A stretch of 64,000 nt of DNA from an uncultured virus (IMG/VR IMGVR_UViG_3300044633_000491) (lineage: Duplodnaviria; Heunggongvirae; Uroviricota; Caudoviricetes): positions 1-64,000 of IMG/VR virus record IMGVR_UViG_3300044633_000491, one strand, 5' to 3'. Shown here piece by piece: positions 14,966 to 24,243 of this stretch. The notes below the pieces were generated by a model. That model ran no database searches, was not told the origin of the DNA, and saw nothing but the letters and a program-made list of their open reading frames with translations. Position numbers and translations under genes: made by a program. Numbering within the stretch: the stretch's first letter is position 1; the number at the start of each line of letters is the position of its first letter.

Positions 14966-16146
14966 TAATTATCTCTATATAAATCTAAAGTTATGCAATG
15001 AAGTCCGCCGTCAACAAAAAATCGATGTCTCCATGGAATCACTATACATTCTATATTATGCTGTCTTAATTTCTCTTTTACAACGGGCGTGATGTTCGAA
15101 ACACAGATCGTATTGGCATCTAATGCCAATACATTAACATCAAATACAGATTCTGCAATGTAACCAACCCAAGATTTAAGATTACCTTCGACAAATTTAA
15201 TAAATTCGTCGTTGTGCTCTTCGCCTGCCAGCCACCATTTTCCGTTAACCTTTTCTCTCATCAACTTAAATTTAGTAATTAAATTTTGATATTCACTAGG
15301 CGGAATACCTATTACTGTATAGTCCGAAAAATAATTTTGATAATCAATTAAAGGATCGATACCTAGAATAACATTATTTCCTAGCACAGCAAAACATCCG
15401 TCTACGTGTCCTGCTTTTGAAGTAAATTGACGTATTGGACGAGGATCATTGATATGTTTAGCTAACCATTGGGGATAATCACAATATTCTGGTGCGTCAA
15501 CATATATGTTATGATTAGTGTTAATGACATTTGGCCCCTGTAACGCACCCATTTCTTTAGTTTCGTATTCTAATGCCTGTTGAAAAGATTTTATTTCGTT
15601 AACAATAGATAGATCGTTAGGCCAGCATCCAGATACATAGTCTTGATACTGTGGCCAATCCGATCCCGCTAATTCAACATACTTTTCGTGTGAATACCAA
15701 ATATCTTTTTCTTGATTGTAATTATTTGATGCTGCAGACATCGAAGCAGAATAAAATTCATCATTTTGATTTACTAAATTAATAACATTAGGGCAATATT
15801 TTTCTAATATTGGAGTAATTGGATTATAAAAATCTGGACTGAATTGATACATAGTATCACCAATAACAGCGTGCAAGTTTCTTACATGTAACGGTGGAAC
15901 ATACGCATTATCTGAATCAAAATAACCTGTAGGAGTATCTGGTCTGATAACAGTACAACCGTAGTCTTTGAGAGTCTTTTCAAAAATTTCAAGATCTTCA
16001 TTAATCTCATGCGACATACGCATCAATGGCTCTCGCACTGAAGCAGATTTAATTTTTGAAAAAAATTCCGGATAAACGTAAGATCCTAACATTACGGATC
16101 TTAACTGTCCGTAGGTATTAAATTTTTGATAGGTATTATAACTCAT
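14965..16146 (-). CDS. Amidinotransferase (pentein) family protein
   Basis: N-terminal GQLRSVMLG, HVDG, FDVNVL and C-terminal GGLHCITLDLYR, matching the His/Asp/Cys catalytic motifs. Confidence 0.8.
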   Translation of the reverse strand: MSYNTYQKFNTYGQLRSVMLGSYVYPEFFSKIKSASVREPLMRMSHEINEDLEIFEKTLKDYGCTVIRPDTPTGYFDSDNAYVPPLHVRNLHAVIGDTMYQFSPDFYNPITPILEKYCPNVINLVNQNDEFYSASMSAASNNYNQEKDIWYSHEKYVELAGSDWPQYQDYVSGCWPNDLSIVNEIKSFQQALEYETKEMGALQGPNVINTNHNIYVDAPEYCDYPQWLAKHINDPRPIRQFTSKAGHVDGCFAVLGNNVILGIDPLIDYQNYFSDYTVIGIPPSEYQNLITKFKLMREKVNGKWWLAGEEHNDEFIKFVEGNLKSWVGYIAESVFDVNVLALDANTICVSNITPVVKEKLRQHNIECIVIPWRHRFFVDGGLHCITLDLYRDN

Positions 16147-16234
16147 CAGGCCAATTTCCTAAACCAGGGTGTGATTGCTCTACAAATTCTTCCATCCACT
16201 TAAGCAGTTGTTGAGATATTTCTTCTTGATGCAT
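16136..16234 (-). pseudogene. 32-aa ORF, probable truncated gene remnant (MHQEEISQQLLKWMEEFVEQSHPGLGNWPDEL)
   Basis: ATG coupled to the gp47 stop (TAATG); ends overlapping the amidinotransferase start. Confidence 0.45.
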
Positions 16235-17250
16235 TATAGGTGTCTGTAGATATCAAGTAAAAGTTTTGGATCATAATGATCGCTGTTGATATTAGTCAAT
16301 TGATTAGTTACAATAGTGTCGATACTTTCAAACTGTATATTTCCTAATTGTATATCTTGTCCAATATCCATATTCTTAACAGGAATCAATGTAAGCTCAC
16401 GTAGATTGTATGTACCTACAAATGTTTCTTTGATAAACGTAGCTTCTTCATAGGTAATGTCTACGTCGATGTTTACACGACAGTGCATACTTGGTAATAG
16501 CAAAGTTTCTGGAGTGCGTAACATATCGCTTAGATTATATACTCGATATTTGGGCTGGTCGGGCCAAGCATGAAACTCTGGTTCAGCACCCCAAGTGAGT
16601 ATCATCATACCACGTTCATCATCACCTGCATCTGCATAATTATGTGGAAACGCATTACCAATGTATGTGATATTCTTATTAGTCTGGCGTTTGTGAAAGT
16701 GTCCGCTGAACATATGATCAACGTGACCAAAGTGTTCACCGCGTAGCTCGCCGTGTTCGGGCATCTGTACCATAGCATTCATAAAGAAGTGCGGCAATTC
16801 AAAATGCCCAAACATATACTTGGCATTCATTTTAGGAATCTTTTTGTAGTCGTCGCCTACTAGCCAAGGCACAATAGCTACATCACCTTCTGAGTAGAAA
16901 TCATTTACAATTTCAATGTTAGGAATGTGCCTAGCCCATTCAGCTGACTGTATATCACGCTTATCTCTATAGTATAGGTCATGATTGCCTGGAATAAAGA
17001 TAACACGGTCGAAGGCTTTGCCTAACAATTCTAAGGCTGTTAGACTGTAGTTCAAAGTAACGATGTTAATAGCTGCACGGTTGTTATGCCAGTCACCTAG
17101 CATAAAGCAAGTATCGCATCCTTCTGCCTTTGCTTCTTCAATAAACCATTTAACAAAGTTTAAACAATCATCGTTATGTAGTTGACTGTTGGACTTTAGG
17201 CCAAAATGGATGTCGGTTAATACTGCTGCTTTTTTAAATAAGTTTGCCAT
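16234..17250 (-). CDS. gp47: Recombination nuclease subunit (T4 gp47, Mre11/SbcD-like)
   Basis: Metallophosphoesterase motifs TDIHFG, LGDW, GNHD, GHFE and SGHFH. Confidence 0.95.
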   Translation of the reverse strand: MANLFKKAAVLTDIHFGLKSNSQLHNDDCLNFVKWFIEEAKAEGCDTCFMLGDWHNNRAAINIVTLNYSLTALELLGKAFDRVIFIPGNHDLYYRDKRDIQSAEWARHIPNIEIVNDFYSEGDVAIVPWLVGDDYKKIPKMNAKYMFGHFELPHFFMNAMVQMPEHGELRGEHFGHVDHMFSGHFHKRQTNKNITYIGNAFPHNYADAGDDERGMMILTWGAEPEFHAWPDQPKYRVYNLSDMLRTPETLLLPSMHCRVNIDVDITYEEATFIKETFVGTYNLRELTLIPVKNMDIGQDIQLGNIQFESIDTIVTNQLTNINSDHYDPKLLLDIYRHL

Positions 17251-17256
17251 AGTTTA

Positions 17257-18201
17257 TTATATGATAGATACTCCGCAGTGTCTAATAGTTTGGTTAATTG
17301 AATAAGAATAAATTGATTGGTATTTACTAGTTATTATATGGTTAACTTCTTCAGTATTCAAAACTAAATCTGTATCTGTGTAAGGATTTTTAATATAATT
17401 AATTTTGTCGAAATGTTCTGTTAAGTACTCTAAAAAAGTAAAGGAAATAGATTTCTTATAAAAAATTTTTAAAAGTAGCAGTAAGTTAATAAATGTAATA
17501 ATACTTTTGAGAGAATGCTTGATGTCAGTTTCACTTATAGTAAACGGAGCAGAACTTTTTATTAATTTAAGATTTTGATTGTATGACGCTGTTGTAGTTG
17601 TCATACAAAAGTTTAAATTTTGAGCGATTGATTGGCTGATGACCGTAGGATACAAGTTTATCCTAAGTATTGAAAAAATATTTTTACTATTAGTTAGTTT
17701 TTTAAAGTTATTAGATTCAAATAATGTCTCACTATGGTGTAAATACGGTAATTTTAAAATGTCCGCTAACACATGTGTTCCGGTTCTGCCAGGCGAAAAT
17801 ATAATTGCCTCAGAGCAATTGCTTGCATTTAAATCAAGTTGATCCATCCAGTAGAACTCATCAACTGCCCATAGTCTTAAAGTCAGACCTTGAAGCCATA
17901 TACTATACGTGAAATCTTCAACGTTAACTACATTTTCAAGACAAGTTACATCGTTGTCGTATGAGGTTATTATCTTTATAACCCGACAAAAATCTTTTAA
18001 TTGAAATAATTCTGTATCCTCTATCGTGTCTGCCGACGTCAAATCAGTGACAGAATTTGGATTATTTTTCAAAAACTGTATCTTACTATCTAATGTTTTG
18101 TAATTTGCAATAGTGTTAATTGGTGTTAATTTTGAAATAACTGCAAATTTATTTTTAACAGTAGAATTTCCGTTGTGCAATAACAAAACAGGTTTACTCA
18201 T
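17257..18201 (-). CDS. AT-rich hypothetical protein with a sulfotransferase-like loop
   Basis: IIFSPGRTGTHVL resembles the PAPS-binding loop; likely start is ATG 18201, overlapping the gp55 stop. Confidence 0.45.
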   Translation of the reverse strand: MSKPVLLLHNGNSTVKNKFAVISKLTPINTIANYKTLDSKIQFLKNNPNSVTDLTSADTIEDTELFQLKDFCRVIKIITSYDNDVTCLENVVNVEDFTYSIWLQGLTLRLWAVDEFYWMDQLDLNASNCSEAIIFSPGRTGTHVLADILKLPYLHHSETLFESNNFKKLTNSKNIFSILRINLYPTVISQSIAQNLNFCMTTTTASYNQNLKLIKSSAPFTISETDIKHSLKSIITFINLLLLLKIFYKKSISFTFLEYLTEHFDKINYIKNPYTDTDLVLNTEEVNHIITSKYQSIYSYSINQTIRHCGVSII

Positions 18202-19069
18202 CGGCACCCCAACCACCACCGCCCCAATCACCTTGTCTAGTATACGAAGGAGCATAATTATTCATCTCTAAGATGTCATCTCGAATGTTTTGATTGCGTT
18301 TTTCGATGTTTAATACACGGGTAAAGCTGTTGGTAATTGCCGCGGTGTAGTAGGCAAATGGGTTTTGACTTTTGGCTTCATCAAACTGTAGACCAATTTG
18401 ACTTAGTTGCAACAGAGCTTGACTACGCATTTCATCATTGTAGGTATAACCACGCCAGTTTGAACGGGTAGCATAGCGTTCACATAACTTCACAAACATG
18501 TGCGCTAATTTAGGAGTCATCTGTCCGTGATCTTTACTGAATTCTCCCGGAGTGATACCACCTTTCCAGTGACTTTTGCCTACTAATACTGGAGTTAGAT
18601 CTTGATCAACGCAGTAATGTTGAAATGGAGGAAAATTTATTTTAACATATTTGGCCGCACCTTTGACTACAACTGGTTCGTCGTATTCTGTTTCAAAATT
18701 ATCTTCGTCGTATTCTTCTTGTGCTTTAGCATCAGCTTTGCGCTGTTTAACGGTGTCGATGGGTATGTGTTCCCAGGTCATAACACGAAATACCACATCA
18801 GTAACTGGAATATTTTCTACAGGAATAGCAAACTCATCTAATTTTCTTTTATTACCTAGCAATAGTTCAGCATCTTGCTGTTCTTTGGCTAATCGTTCGC
18901 TACGTAGTTTTCTAGCTTCTGCTACTGCTTTTTTGGTAATATTTGCAACTCCACTAACAATAGTATCATAGTTGGCTACTCCGGGATCAGAGAATGTACA
19001 GTAGGTTAATTTACTTTTGTGGATTTCTTTAAGAATATCTTTATTATTCAAATAATTTACGCGACGCAT
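18194..19069 (-). CDS. gp55: Late-transcription sigma factor (T4 gp55 family)
   Basis: NYLNNKD, SNWRGYTYNDEM and FDEAKSQNPFAYYT...NSFTRVLNIEKRNQ motifs; upstream of gp47/gp46 as in T4. Confidence 0.93.
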   Translation of the reverse strand: MRRVNYLNNKDILKEIHKSKLTYCTFSDPGVANYDTIVSGVANITKKAVAEARKLRSERLAKEQQDAELLLGNKRKLDEFAIPVENIPVTDVVFRVMTWEHIPIDTVKQRKADAKAQEEYDEDNFETEYDEPVVVKGAAKYVKINFPPFQHYCVDQDLTPVLVGKSHWKGGITPGEFSKDHGQMTPKLAHMFVKLCERYATRSNWRGYTYNDEMRSQALLQLSQIGLQFDEAKSQNPFAYYTAAITNSFTRVLNIEKRNQNIRDDILEMNNYAPSYTRQGDWGGGGWGADE

Positions 19070-19149
19070 CTACTTTCCTTTTAATTTATCTGCTTCCTTT
19101 CTAGCTTAACAGCCTTTTTCATAGATTGGGTTTTCTTTTAACTACTACT

Positions 19150-19178
19150 ATTATATAGCCTATAAATACACTATACAA
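19150..19178 (-). promoter_or_regulatory. Sigma70-type promoter for the gp55-47-46 operon
   Basis: TTGTAT (19178-19173), 17-nt spacer, TATAAT (19155-19150) on the - strand. Confidence 0.55.
19161..19168 (+). promoter_or_regulatory. T4-type late promoter (TATAAATA)
   Basis: Exact T4 late consensus upstream of the baseplate operon. Confidence 0.8.
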
Positions 19179-19192
19179 GAGGTAATTGGATT

Positions 19193-20596
19193 ATGGCAAT
19201 TTTTGTTTACGACACTGTGGTTAAAGATCCGGACACTGGACAAGATATCCAGTTTGGTCAATTGAGTGAACGTGATCAACGACAAATTCTAGCAGAGGAT
19301 GAAGCTGCATCTGATGCTTCAATGAGTGAGTCGTTTAGGCAGTTCAAAGCTAGTACAGGAACGGCCAGTTACGAAATAGCAACACCTGGGTATGTTGCTG
19401 GACCAGTTACAGCAACCAGTGGAAGTTACAGTCGTGAAACAGGATACAAGCCTACTGAAAGTACAGCTCCGGATTCTGAAGGTGGATTTGCTGGTGATCA
19501 AACTGTAGCGTCAGGTGGCGGGTATGATCCTCGAGCGTTAGAGCCATATACAGGAGCACCCGATTTTAACGCAACAACCACATGGACTGGCGGAGGTTAT
19601 GATCCAGATGCTCGAGCCGGTGGATATGATCCAACAACAGGTTATGTAGAAAGTGCAGGTAACAGTCTTGGCGGGCAGGCAGCCATATCAGAGAATTATA
19701 CAGGAGCTCCAGATTTTCGTGGCGGCGGGTACGACCCAAGTATTGAGGGATTAAGTGATCCAAAAAACCAGCGACTTGCTGCCGCAGGTATTAAAGAAGG
19801 TGGAGAAGCTAGCAATCCCGCAGCGGAACCTAGTGTTGCGTTCAGCACAGAACCGGATACCGGCAATGCTAACATGGATAAAGATTGGCGAGTGCGCATA
19901 AGTCTGTCAGAACGTGCTAGATTTTTTTATAATGCAGTAGAAGGCAACCAACTATTAATTCCACTAAAAAGCACCAACGGAGTTATTTTTCCTTATACTC
20001 CTAATATCACTGTGTCGCACGTTGCCACTTACTCACCAGTAAATCCAACACACAGTAACTACGCACAGAACTTTTATAATAACAGTGATGTAAGTGACAT
20101 AACTATCCAGGGTGATTTTACTGTGCAAAATATAGAAGAAGGAAAATATCTAATGGCTGTTATATACTTTTTTCGTGCAGCTACCAAGATGTTTTTTGGG
20201 CAAGGTCAGGGAGTAGGCAATCCTCCACCGATAGTGTTCTTAGACGGTTACGGCAGTCACTACTTTCCGCATGTTCCTTGTGTGATTACAAACTTTACTC
20301 ACACATTGGCTGCGGATGTAGACTACATGGAAATTCCTATGCTGGTCAAAACATTAACTAGTACTCAGACAGGAGTAAATCCTGAGCGAGCAGATAATTT
20401 GCCTGGACCGAGACTTGGTGTTGTTCAAAAGAACTTTGATACCGAGATCACCAGGTTACCCACTAGCAGTTCTATAAGTATTACATTGAAACCACAGTAT
20501 AGTCGCAAAAATCTTCATGACAGATTTGATCTTACTAAATTTGCCGCAGGCGAATTATTGCGTGATAAAACTAACGGGTATGGAGGATTCTTATAA
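19193..20596 (+). CDS. Baseplate/tail-tube-initiator-like protein with a low-complexity N-terminal extension
   Basis: C-terminal half has GVIFPYTP, GNPPPIVFLDGYG and VPCVITNF; directly precedes the gp53-like gene; N-terminal half has GGYDP x4 and YTGAPDF x2. Confidence 0.6.
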   Translation: MAIFVYDTVVKDPDTGQDIQFGQLSERDQRQILAEDEAASDASMSESFRQFKASTGTASYEIATPGYVAGPVTATSGSYSRETGYKPTESTAPDSEGGFAGDQTVASGGGYDPRALEPYTGAPDFNATTTWTGGGYDPDARAGGYDPTTGYVESAGNSLGGQAAISENYTGAPDFRGGGYDPSIEGLSDPKNQRLAAAGIKEGGEASNPAAEPSVAFSTEPDTGNANMDKDWRVRISLSERARFFYNAVEGNQLLIPLKSTNGVIFPYTPNITVSHVATYSPVNPTHSNYAQNFYNNSDVSDITIQGDFTVQNIEEGKYLMAVIYFFRAATKMFFGQGQGVGNPPPIVFLDGYGSHYFPHVPCVITNFTHTLAADVDYMEIPMLVKTLTSTQTGVNPERADNLPGPRLGVVQKNFDTEITRLPTSSSISITLKPQYSRKNLHDRFDLTKFAAGELLRDKTNGYGGFL

Positions 20597-20898
20597 TGTC
20601 AGTAGCTTACAGTAGACACAGTCCTTATTTTAATAATGAGTCGTTTGGACCATTTTTAGATGTGTCAACCTTGCCTAGTATACCGTATGATCCCACGGAT
20701 GTAGTCTACGAAATTGATGCTATCTATAAGCATCGTCCGGACTTATTGGCCTATGATTTGTACGATAACAGCGCCTTATATTGGGTATTTTCGGCACGTA
20801 ACCCTAATACAATGAAAGATCCAATTTTTGATTTCTTGCCTGGTGCTACTATATACATTCCAAAAAAAGCCACACTCACAGCAATACTAGGAATATAA
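20596..20898 (+). CDS. gp53: Baseplate wedge subunit (gp53/LysM-like)
   Basis: RPDLLAYDLY..SALYWVF..RN...DP...G..IYIP pattern. Confidence 0.85.
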   Translation: MSVAYSRHSPYFNNESFGPFLDVSTLPSIPYDPTDVVYEIDAIYKHRPDLLAYDLYDNSALYWVFSARNPNTMKDPIFDFLPGATIYIPKKATLTAILGI

Positions 20899-20901
20899 TT
20901 A

Positions 20902-23900
20902 ATGGCAGAAAATGCATTAGTCAAAGTAATTTCCAATAGCCCGGGTTATGGTATTTTTGAAGACTCTACAGGAGCCACTGTTAAACGCGCCGGTGATAGA
21001 AACTGGCGCAATAATAATCCAGGAAACCTTGAATTTGGTAGCTTCGCCCAGTCTAATGGAGCAATAGGAACCGACGGAAGATTTGCTATTTTTCCTACTT
21101 ACGCTGCGGGACGTGCTGCTAAAGAGAAATTACTGTTTGGGGACACGCGATATCGAGGCAAAACTATTGCAGAAGCAATTTCAATATATGCTCCAGAATC
21201 TGAAAATAATACCACGTCTTATATTAACAGCGTTACTAAGGCAGTAGGTTTACCATCTAGTACTCAAATGAGCAGACTAACCCCTGCTCAAAGAACAACA
21301 ATGTTAGATGCAGTGCAGAAAGTAGAAGGGTTTAAGGTAGGAACTATATCAGAAATTGACCCAGCAAAAATTCCTGTAGTGCCGCCACCGCCCGCAGTAG
21401 GTGAAACAATAATTGATCCGGCTACAGGACAAAGACTCAGAGTAGCCACTGAAGAAGATATTAGACGTAACGGTGTACTGGGCGGAACTAATAACGCAAG
21501 AAAAACAGTAGAACCACCTTCAGAATCCGGAGTAAGGCAAACAATAAACGTAACACCAATACCTAATCCGTTACATGCCTATGCTAGTTATACCTATGGT
21601 TTAAGTTTAGCTATGCTGACAATTGAAGAATACAACGATGTTATTAAAACACAAAACTATATACCTAAAAGAGTGTTAATAGCCAGTGCAGGCAGGCATA
21701 ATCAAACAAAAGAGCCCAATGGTCCTGCCGAATTTACTCGAGCACAGTATTTCAGTGAAGATTTCTTTTTTGAAAGTCTTGAAGTAGAAACAGTAATTGG
21801 TCTTAATGAAAGAACTCGCGCCACTAATGCTTTAACTTTTAACTTTACTATAATTGAACCATTTGGTATAAGTTTAATAGATAGAATTATTAAATTAGCT
21901 AGTTCTCCAGAAGTTAAATCTAGAAATTATCTAGAACAACCATATCTACTGCAGATTGATTTTTTTGCAATTAATGACGCAGGTATAATTATAGGAGCTC
22001 TTCCTACTCAAACAAAACGTATCCCCATACAAATTTTGACCTTAGACATAGATGCTAGCAACAAAGGTGCAGTCTATAAGATTGCAGCAACAGTGTACAG
22101 TCACAGTGCATATAGCGTAAACACAATGGCTACGCCAGCACACTTTGAAATAGTAGCCGGAACAGTCGCTAGTTTCTTTCAAAGTACAGAAACTGAATCA
22201 TCGCTAACTGGCGCTAAAAAACAACGCGAGCCAATCAGAAAAGATATTACTATAGGCGCCGACGGACTAGCACGTGGGCCCACCGGAGAAGTTGTGCCGT
22301 TAACCGCAGTAGATCAAAGAACTGCGGCTATTGTTAGTGCAGACCCTATTTACAAAGTTAAAAGCTACGGCAGTGCGTACAACGCATACTACAATGATCT
22401 AGTTAGAACTAATAAAATTAAAGTTGCTGATAAAATTTATTTTAAGTTTGCTGAAGAATTTCAAAAAGCTAAATTTATATTAGGCAAAAAATTAAGTCCT
22501 AAAGATACTCCAATGGCTGAAGCCAGCACAGAGATTACAATACGTGCTGGAAAAACTGATGCAGCCAACGCTAACTTGGATTATAAAACAGCCATCTTTA
22601 GTATTAACGCTGGTACTAGCATTGACATGGTTATTAATTATGTAATACGTAATAGTGATTATATACAAAATCAACTGACTGTTCCGGAAGATTATGGGTC
22701 AGATGTTGAATCATTCTTGGCTAAGAAAAAATCAAATAAAGATTTACCGTTAAAGTGGTTTAAGATAATCCCGCAGGTTGTACTAATAGAATATGATGGT
22801 ATTAGAAAAGTTTGGGGTAGGGAAATTACCTATAATATTATTCCTTATGAAGTATACAATACTAAAATTTCAGCGGCGCCACAAGGAACATGGAGCCATC
22901 CGATCAAACAATATAACTATTACTATACAGGAAAAAATGTAGATGTATTAGATTTCAAAATAGAATTTAACGCACTATATTTCACTGCGGTTACTGCATA
23001 TAAAAACCACATGTCTCAAACCTACGGGCTAACGGATTATGACGATAGAGAACTTAATCCAGACAACTATGTTGGCATGGAAAGTGGGCCCAACGCTATA
23101 CAACCTATGAAAGAGTCTCGAGTTATTATTGATAGTCAGGCTAGGGCCACTGGCGGTAGTTACACTCCTAAGGCAGCCGCAGCTGCAGATGTACAGCAGA
23201 GTATATATACCACAGCCAATGGTGATATGATACAAGGTAGTTTGCGAATAATTGGTGATCCTCAATTTATCAAACAGGATGATGTTTTTTATCCACCGTT
23301 TGATGTTATAGATCCTATTTCAGGAAAAAAAGGAACTCCGCCGGCAACGTCGGATCAAAGATTAATTGCAGACGGAAGTTTGCAAATGGACAATAGAGAA
23401 GTGTATGTTAGTGTTACCTTCAAAACACCAAATGATGTAAGTGAAGTTACTGGCTTAGCTAATTTTTCATCTGACTTTCAGCAGACAAGTATGTTTTCGG
23501 GTATGTATAGAGTACTTACTGTTAAAAATACTTTCAGCGGCGGAAGATTTGAACAGGTGCTTGAGATAGTAAGATTGCCTAGACAAACAAGTCTTGAGTA
23601 TAATACTAATAATCAAACCACTCAACGTTCTGAAACTGATGAAAAATCCACAGTGGCAAATGCTATACCGGCACCACCAACAACAGCAACTAATAACACA
23701 GCGACTCCCTTACCCGAAGCAACACCAGCACCTGGTAATAAACCTGTAGAAGAAACTGCAGCACCAGTACAATCAGCTGAACAAAAAGAACTAGCAAAAG
23801 TTGCAGACACTGCAGAAGAAAAACCAATTACTCAAGCTACAGTAGTTGAAGAACCACCGGCTGTTCCTCCAGCGCATGGGCCTGGCCCAGAGAAATTGGC

Positions 23901-24225
23901 ATTAAAAGCTACATCCGATCAAGCCAGAGCCGCAAGAGATCAAGCACAATCTGCAGCAAATGCTGCGTTAGATGCAGTTGCGCAAATTGAATCTAGAATT
24001 GAGACTATACGTGCTAACCTTGATAGATATCCCGACAGAGTAGCACGGGGAGTATTAACACAAGCCGAAGCTGACCCATTAATTGCTAATAATCAACAAT
24101 CCTTGGCTCTAGCACAGAATCAGTTAGCAACTGCACAAGCTAAGTATGCACCTCTAGATGCAGCCAATAAAGCTGCACAAACTGCATTTGTTAACGCATT
24201 AGATGCATACGCAAGAGCATCATAA
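20902..24225 (+). CDS. Baseplate hub-like protein with an N-terminal lysozyme-like domain and C-terminal coiled coil
   Basis: RNNNPGNL...RFAIF...YAPESENNT N-terminal domain; IIGDP and FSGMYRVLTVKNTFSGGRFEQVL hub-type motifs; lies between gp53 and gp5. Confidence 0.65.
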   Translation: MAENALVKVISNSPGYGIFEDSTGATVKRAGDRNWRNNNPGNLEFGSFAQSNGAIGTDGRFAIFPTYAAGRAAKEKLLFGDTRYRGKTIAEAISIYAPESENNTTSYINSVTKAVGLPSSTQMSRLTPAQRTTMLDAVQKVEGFKVGTISEIDPAKIPVVPPPPAVGETIIDPATGQRLRVATEEDIRRNGVLGGTNNARKTVEPPSESGVRQTINVTPIPNPLHAYASYTYGLSLAMLTIEEYNDVIKTQNYIPKRVLIASAGRHNQTKEPNGPAEFTRAQYFSEDFFFESLEVETVIGLNERTRATNALTFNFTIIEPFGISLIDRIIKLASSPEVKSRNYLEQPYLLQIDFFAINDAGIIIGALPTQTKRIPIQILTLDIDASNKGAVYKIAATVYSHSAYSVNTMATPAHFEIVAGTVASFFQSTETESSLTGAKKQREPIRKDITIGADGLARGPTGEVVPLTAVDQRTAAIVSADPIYKVKSYGSAYNAYYNDLVRTNKIKVADKIYFKFAEEFQKAKFILGKKLSPKDTPMAEASTEITIRAGKTDAANANLDYKTAIFSINAGTSIDMVINYVIRNSDYIQNQLTVPEDYGSDVESFLAKKKSNKDLPLKWFKIIPQVVLIEYDGIRKVWGREITYNIIPYEVYNTKISAAPQGTWSHPIKQYNYYYTGKNVDVLDFKIEFNALYFTAVTAYKNHMSQTYGLTDYDDRELNPDNYVGMESGPNAIQPMKESRVIIDSQARATGGSYTPKAAAAADVQQSIYTTANGDMIQGSLRIIGDPQFIKQDDVFYPPFDVIDPISGKKGTPPATSDQRLIADGSLQMDNREVYVSVTFKTPNDVSEVTGLANFSSDFQQTSMFSGMYRVLTVKNTFSGGRFEQVLEIVRLPRQTSLEYNTNNQTTQRSETDEKSTVANAIPAPPTTATNNTATPLPEATPAPGNKPVEETAAPVQSAEQKELAKVADTAEEKPITQATVVEEPPAVPPAHGPGPEKLALKATSDQARAARDQAQSAANAALDAVAQIESRIETIRANLDRYPDRVARGVLTQAEADPLIANNQQSLALAQNQLATAQAKYAPLDAANKAAQTAFVNALDAYARAS

Positions 24226-24243
24226 TAAACAAGGTAATTATAA

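Noticed and set aside
19081..19122. 13-aa ORF (MKKAVKLERKQIN) in the gp55 leader
   Set aside because: Too short and lacks an SD; it cannot be distinguished from chance.
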